A DNA stretch of 64,000 nt, taken from positions 32,001 to 96,000 of the forward strand of contig CAWBHS010000022.1 in the NCBI GenBank assembly GCA_963788655.1, in the 5' to 3' direction. This document shows, one piece after another, positions 56,901 to 64,000 of this stretch (position 1 is the first letter of the stretch; every line of letters begins with the position of its first letter). The notes under the pieces are model-generated. The model did no database searches and was not told where the DNA came from. It saw only the letters and a list, made by a program, of their open reading frames with translations. The position numbers and the translations under genes are program-made. Origin of the DNA: an uncultured Verrucomicrobiae bacterium. GTDB lineage: Bacteria > Verrucomicrobiota > Verrucomicrobiia > Limisphaerales > JAFGQR01.

Positions 56901-59900
56901 CCGTGGTGATGGCGTGGATGCCGGTGCCGTTGGCATACACGCGATTGGTGGTTACGGTCGAACCGGTCAGTGCTTCGAGGCCAATGCTGTTTTGATAAAC
57001 CTGGTTGCTCACTGCTTCGGCGCTTCCCGTCAGGCTGATGCCCACATTGGTGGCGGACAAGTTCTGTTGTGTGACGACGTTATTCTCCACCCGCACGACA
57101 TCGACTGCCGTGATGCCGGTCAGGCGGTTCAGGAAAACAAAGTTGCCTTTGACGCTGGTCGCCACGTCCGCTCGCGCCCAAATCCCATGATCGTTCGCGT
57201 ACGCCGAATTGCCCGTGGCCAGGGCGTTGTTGGCGCGGAGGTCCAGGCCAATTGCATTGTCGTGAACGGTGTTTGCCTGCACCGTGCTGCGTTCGCTGTA
57301 TGCGCCAATACCAATGCCGAGGTTATCGCGCGCGATGTTGCCGCCGACGTAGGCGTCCGGTCCATACACGGCCAGGCCAATGGACTCGTTGTTGTAGGCC
57401 AGGTTGCCATCGGCAAACACGCCCGTGCCGGTCACGCCGGCCGGCGCCCAGCGCACGTCACTGGCCACCGGCACCATGGTGCCCACGAGCGTTTGCGCAC
57501 CATAAGAACGGAGGCCGTAGCGGTTGTCGTGAAATTCGTTGCCGGTGATCACCGTGCGGTCGTTGACCAAACCGCCCAGTTCGCGCCCCACGTAAATGCC
57601 GCTATCGGTCAGGCCAAAGAACTCGTTGTCCGCAATCGTCACGTCGTCGCTGTCCGAGCCGTCGCCGATGAAAACGCCGAACTGCCCGCCGGTAACGTGC
57701 AGTTGCCGCAGTGTGACGTTGTCCGCGTTCTGCAATTCAAACACGTAACTGAACAGGCTCGTATTGCCGCGATCCAACACCGTTTGCCGGTCGGGGAACG
57801 CCGGGTTCGCATACCCCTCAATCGTGACGCCTGCATCGTTCGCCGTGAGCAGAATGTTCGTCGCCAGCACGTAGGCGCCAGCATCCACGCGGATCACGTC
57901 ATTCGCGCCCAAGTCGTACGCTTCCAGCACGGCGCGAATGGATGCCTTGGGCGTGGCCGGTGAAAGACCGTCATTTGCCTCGTCGCCCGCCGCCAACGTC
58001 CAGTCGCCCACGGCGAACGCGCCGTCATTCACGTAATAGAAATGCAGCGTCGCCGTGATGGTGAACGGCTGGTTGCTAAAGTCGTCCTTGGCGGACGCAT
58101 CATTGCGCAGCACACGGATCAGGTAATTGGTGTTCGTGGACAAATTGTTGGGAATGTCCCAGGCAAACTCACCGTCGTTGGCCGTGCTCGATTGGATGGT
58201 CGCGATGGCCGAAGCGCCGCCAGTCTGCCACAGTTCGATTTTGACCGTGCCCACCGTATTGTGGCTGCGCCATAGGATGGTGTTCGTGTGTTCGGTCAGC
58301 CATTGCTCGCCGCCGTTGGGGACCAGCACCATCACGTATTCGGTCGGGCTCTTCGAGGCCTGCGCGGTGTTGCCAAACACGCCCAGGTTGATGAAGCCGC
58401 CGTTGAAACTCGGCTCCTGGTTGAACGCGTCCGCGTCGTCGCCTCGATCAATGCCCGGCGACTGGGCAGCGTCGGAGGTGAGCGTCGCCGCCGGGAACTC
58501 GGGCAATCCTGTGCCGGCGTTGATCACCGGTGCCAGTGCGCCGCCGTGGAAACTGCCGGCAGTGCTTTGCAAATGGAAGTCGTCATCCGCGGTGCCGAGC
58601 ACGTTATCGGCGCCATCAGCGTCCACGAACAACGGATCATCGGACAAACTGAGCCGGTCGGTGAAGGCCGCGTTCTGCCAATCGAAGAGCGTGGGATAAT
58701 CGACATCCTGCCAATGAGCCACCTGGCCGGTGCCGGTCACGCGGAGCAGATTGAAGTCGCTGGCAAATCCAAGTTGGCTGTCCGCCGTCACGGAGATCGC
58801 AAAGCCGCTATCCACCCACAGGATGTTGTTCCGCAATTCGATGTCTTCCGATCCGCCAGTAGCATCTCCTTCGATGGTCACCGCGTTGCCCGTCGGTTGA
58901 TAGATTGTGTTGTTGACGATTTGCACGGCGAAACTGCGCCGCAGCAACACGCCATTGTCGGCATTCGCATAGACCAGATTGTTCGTAATCGTCCCAATGA
59001 ACCGCTCGCCTTCGATGCCCGTAGCGTTGCCGTAAATCGCATTGGCACTGACCGCCACGTTGCCGCTCACAATCAGGCCATAACGGCTGTTATCCGCGAT
59101 GCGGTTTTCGGATACCGACGTGCCATCGCCGGCCACGATGCCATCGTAATTGTCTTGCACGACATTCCGCGCGGCTTGCGCAGTGCCGGTCAGGATCAAA
59201 CCGGCGGCTCCCGTTGTGGTTTGTCCGCTGATCGCATTTCCAAAGACCTGCACGTTCCCCGTGGCCTGAATACCCACCGTCGTATTGTCGTGAACCTGGT
59301 TGCCGCGATTCAACGAGAGGTCGTAATTCCCAATCACCGCCGGCGCGCTGAGGTTGTTTTCGACCACGATGCCGCTGGCGTTGCCATAAACTTCATTCGC
59401 CTCGAACCGTTCGATGGCGCGCCCGACGTAAATGCCCACGCCACCATTGTTGAACGATTGGGAATCCTCGAGCACCGCGTTCACCGCGTCCGATTCGAGC
59501 CGGATGCCATCTTCCGCCGCACCGCTGACCGACAAGTGCTGGCCGACAAATTGGGTACTGGCGTTGTGGACCCAAATGCCTTGCGCGCCGCCGGTGAACG
59601 TCAAATAACGCAACGTCACCCAATCGCCGTCGTTGACATCCACCCACACGAGCCGTTCGTCAGGGAATGCATAGTTGAAATTGGTGGCGCGTCCCGTGCC
59701 GGTCGGACCGGTGATGGTCAGGCCCTCATCATCATTCAACGCCAGGTTGCCGCTCAGCACGATTTGATGGAAGTGCAGGTAACTGCCGTCATCGACATAC
59801 ACCGTGCTTTCATCGCCCAAATCATAAATCCGCAGCACGGTCGGCAGCAGCGGCTTGGGGGCCTCGGGCAGCTTGCCGGTGTTGCGGTTCGAGCCGGTCG

Positions 59901-62900
59901 CGTTGGGCGTGTATTCGTCGTTCACATCGCTCGCGTCGTCCACGTAATAATCATTGCCATTCTCCGGGATCGAGAACGGCTCGGTGCTTTGGTCAATCAC
60001 CGAGTCGTCACCCACCAGCGAGATGCGGAGGTGCAAGCCGTGCGTGCCGTACGTCAGATACGTGCCATTGGGCAACGGGGTGTTCTGCGGAATCCAATCG
60101 AACTCGCCGTCGTCGAGCGTGCCCTCGGTGATGTTCAGCAGGAACTGCGGGCCTTGCGCTGAATCCTGATACACGTCAATCCGCACCGTGGTTTCGTCGG
60201 CGTTGTTGAACGAGTCCCAACGAATTGTGTGCCGCGCGGCCAGTTCCCAATCGGTGTAGAGGTCGGGGAATCGCAATGCCAGGTGAGCACGGCTGGACTG
60301 GTCTTGTTCAGCGATGGTATTGCCGTACGCACCCTGGTCGGGCATCACCGTGTCTGGTTGCACAAACAGGAAGGCGCCGTCGAGGAAGCTGTCATTGTTC
60401 GGCCGCGTTTCGCGGAAGGCTTCGAAGCGATAACTCATACTGCGCGTGCCCGCGGGAAGGTAGGCGCGATCGCCCACCAATTCCCAACGGTCGGTCGTGT
60501 TGGTAGCCAACGCTTCAATCGTCGATCCCAGTTGGTCACCGTTTTCGTCAAGGAAGGTCAACTGGAGCATCGCGCGGTCCTTCACGTCCTCAGTCAACGC
60601 CCGAATGCGTCCGCCAAATACCACCACCCAATCGGCGGAGTCAAGCTGCGCCGCAGTGTAGCCCGCCGCCAGCAGGTCCACGGTTTGTTCGGCCCACGCC
60701 AGCGCATCATGGCCGGACGCAAAATCGCTTCCATCCAGATACGCCGGTGGTGTCGCTCCGCCCAAGCCCGCGCTGGTGTTCACCGTCCAACCGTTGAGTC
60801 CGCTCTCAAAGCCGCCATTAACCAGGAGATTGTTCGCATCGTCTGGCAATCCCTGATCCAGCCGCGAATCGCCCGCATCGATGGTGGGACTGGAGAACCG
60901 TTGCGCCCACCGTCAGATCAAACATGTGGTAATCCGTCAAGCCATGCGCGACGAAGCGCGGTTCGGACCAATCCGGATTCACCACGGTCGTTCCCATCGA
61001 GTGCAAGTCGAACCGATACACGTCCTGCTGCCAATCGAGGATGTCCGTGAAGTCCTTCGCAAAATGCACGAGGATGCCAGCCCGGCTGGCGTGCAGCACG
61101 TTGTAGTCGCTGTAAAATCCGTGGCGGCTGAGCACGTCGAGGTCGATGTCGTAGCCGTCTTCCGTCCACAGGATGTTGTTCAGCAACTCCACTTCGCTCG
61201 CGTTGTTCGTCACGCGGACATTGTCGCCGCTGCGCGTGTAGAAGGTGTTCTGGTAAATCCGCACATCGGTCCGGCCATCGACCAGCACGCCTACGTCGGT
61301 GTGTTGATAAAGAAGATTGTGGATGATCAACAGGTCGTCGCTGGCTTCGATGCTGACGGCATTGTGGTTGAACCGGTTGAACTGGATCACGCCACTGAAC
61401 TGAGTGCCGGTCTCGTTCCGTTCGATCAAGTTGGCTTGCGCGAGGTCGTCCGGTCCCAAAATGCCGGAGCCGTCCACGCCCAATGGATTGCGGTAAATAT
61501 GTTGCCGCTGCATCCGGCCTTCGAGCAGCACGCCGGTGTCGTTCTTGTAAATCTCGTTCGGCTCGGTGCCGCTGACAAAACCCAGTGCCTCCGTATCGCC
61601 AGCCACCGTGGCGTGGACGCCGAGGGTGTTGCGATAAATGTCATTCGCGCTCAAGCCCGCCGCCGCTCCGTAGGCCACACCAGTGTCCCAATAGAACAGC
61701 GCGTTGTGCTCGATCAGGCCGGTGAACGGTGCGGTGATTTTCAAACCGATGCCGGACGCGCCGGACATTTGATTGTCCGCAATGTGCCCGCTGCTGGCGC
61801 CCATGATCGCAATCCCCACCGTGCCGCCGACGATTTGGTTATGTTCGATTATCACCGCACTGGTGCCAGCCAGGGTGAGGCTCACGCCGGTGGCGGCAAT
61901 ATCGTTGTGTACAATTTGAACGCCGCTGCCACCACTGATCGTAATGCCGCCCTCACGCACAACGCTGTGCTGGAGACTGGCATTGGTCGCATTGCTGAAA
62001 TTGATCCCGCCGCGCAAAGCCAAGTCCTGGAGCACCGCGCCGGTCTGGACGTTCACGCTGCCGGTGATGATCGTCGCCGGTTGGCCGAGCGAGAAGAGGT
62101 TGCGATGCGTCTGAAGCGTGCTGCCCGGCGCGCCCAGGATGAGCACGCCATTGTCGTTCGCGGAAATGGTCACCGTGCCGCCGTAAGTGCCCGCGTCCAC
62201 CAGGATCACATCACCGGGACTCAGGTCATAGGCGTTTAGGACCGACTGGATGCTGCGTTTGGGCGTGGCTGGCGTTAAGCCGTTGTTGGCGTCATTACCG
62301 ACCGCGCTGGTGAACAGGTCGCAAGCGCGCGAGGCGTCGTTCACGTAAAACACGCGGGCCAGATCAAAGGTGTTGCCGCGGAAATAAATCTCCGCCGTGC
62401 CGGGCGTGCGGTCCGCCCACGCGACGAACGGATGACCGGCCGCATCCACGTCCAACGCCATCGAGATCACCTCGCCGCCAGTCGGGCTGATGCCGCGCAG
62501 GCTGGCATCACCGGGAAGTTCTTCAACGAACGCATTGCCATTCCATTGCTCGGCAAAGATGGCGGTAAACTGGCCGGTCTCGCGGTCGGTGCGTTCATCG
62601 AGCCAGAGCAGGTGCAATTTGCCGCCGCCGGCAGACAGTTGGGGTTGGGTCGCCGCAATGTCGGTATTGGAAACGCCGCCGGCAAAATTAGCGCCGACGC
62701 CCGCGGCTGACCACGCACCACCCGCGTATTTTTCCGCATAAATTTCCGACTTGCCGCTGGTGTCGTCCTGCCACGCGACATACAGCGCGCCGCCGAAGTA
62801 GGCCAGCGTTGGGGCGTTGCTGGTGCCCGCATTGGCACTGACGCCACTACTGGAGGCGGAACCGCTGAGTTCAGTCCAGCCAGCGCCGCTGTTTTCGCGC

Positions 62901-64000
62901 AGGTAAATCTCCGTTTGCCCGCTGAACGGTTGCGCCCAGGCGACGGCCAGTTTGGTGCCGTCGGTTGCCAAGGCGAGACCAGTTACGTTGGTGGCGGATT
63001 GCGAAATGCCGTTGCCACTGGCTGAACCGGTGCCGACTTCCACCCACGCCGAGCCATTGAACCGTTTCGCATAGACGTTCGTCGTGCCGGTCGAACTGTC
63101 GAGCCACGCCACCACCGGGCCGCTATTGGCGCCACTGGTCACGTTTACAATGACTGCATGATCCGCCGCGCCGGTGCCGCTGATGCCACCACTACCCAGC
63201 GATCCGCCCAAGGCCATCCAGCCGCCCGCGCCGCCATTGGCCGAGGGATCGTAAAGCGCCACGTAGATGTCACTGCTCGGCGCCGTCGAATTCGGTCCAA
63301 GCCACCAACAGATTACCCGCTGCATCCACCGCGACACTCGGCCGGCGTGACGCTCCAGGGGTATCGCTGACGCCGCCGCCATGAGCGCTTCCCGCCAACT
63401 CCTGCCACCCGGCGGCGCTGTGGCGGACGGCGTAAATCTCATAATTCCCATTTCGCTTGTCGGCCCAGACGATGAACTGGGCGGCAGCCGTCGCGGCAAT
63501 GGCCGGTTCAATCGAGAAATCCAAACGCGCCGCTCATGCCCAGGCCCGTGGCGGAACTGCCGAATTCACTCCAGCGGCCATCATAGTCTTCGCCCTCCGG
63601 CAAGGTCGCTGCGGGCGACGGTGTTCACCGGTGATTTGCCGGCGGTGGGCGGCGGCGTCGGTGTCGGCGTCACGAAATCGCTGGGCACCGCCGATTCGCC
63701 GGTGCCGTAGTCCACGAGGTTGCTCGCGCCGGCGCCGGGATCAATGTAGTCATCTTCGCCTTCGCCGTACAACCAGTCATTGCCGCCCTGGCCAAATAAT
63801 CGGTCGCGGCCGGAGTCGGCTTCGCTGCCATTGGTGCCGAAATCGCCGTAGAGATAATCCACCGCGTTGTCGTCACCGGAATCAGCGGAATTGTGCCCGT
63901 AAATCACATCATGATCCGCGCCGCCCAGAATCAAGTCACTGCCGGCGCCGCCTTCGATCACATCGTCACCGGCCCCGCCATCGATGATGTCGTCGCCCTC
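50948..64000 (-). CDS. Giant surface protein: RTX Ca-binding repeats, parallel beta-helix modules, Ig-like domains and a dockerin. Partial, with several probable indel errors.
   Basis: GGAGDD/GGAGSD/GQGGND nonapeptides at 63750-64000, repeated PbH1 modules and dockerin-like GDTNGDRVVNDRDL...EDLTGDGQVTSADV. Consecutive ORF segments continue each other across frame changes near 63590, 63520, 63280, 60900-60850 and 54660-54600. Confidence 0.85.
51123..51192. repeat. Perfect 24-bp GTAG REP inverted pair inside the giant gene
   Basis: gtagcagcggacgtgagtccgctc / gagcggactcacgtccgctgctac. Confidence 0.85.
51364..51408 (-). repeat. GTAG REP-like double hairpin inside the giant gene
   Basis: Minus strand gtagcgcagatttccaatctgccgtaacgcagatttctaatctgc, translated as SADFQSAVTQISNL. 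Confidence 0.75.

Overview
A GC-rich bacterial window whose gene content and repeat families suggest Verrucomicrobiota, probably Pedosphaerales/Limisphaerales (inference). The left ~40 kb holds housekeeping genes (frr, thpR, gcvP, dnaB-bamA-ompH), a pilMNO(P)Q-like envelope cluster, sensory proteins, several secreted carbohydrate-active proteins and patches of decayed genes (Pnkp, HsdM, ImmA/IrrE, HisKA_3 and peptidase fragments). The right ~23 kb is one apparently coupled minus-strand operon of three genes. The first is a giant (>4300 aa visible, start outside the window) RTX/parallel-beta-helix repeat protein ending in a dockerin-like domain. The second is a small secreted cohesin-like protein with a C-terminal 'W...RFYRV' domain. 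The third is a ~2950 aa HYR/Ig/RHS protein with unusual internal insertions. This dockerin-cohesin-RHS arrangement is the best candidate for an undescribed surface assembly. GTAG-type REP-like palindromes are common, and several sit inside coding sequence. Single-base frameshifts, including one in the essential dnaB, indicate indel errors in the assembly, so the split large genes are probably intact. No rRNA, tRNA, CRISPR array or intact transposase was recognised. All domain calls come from motif reading only, with no database searches.
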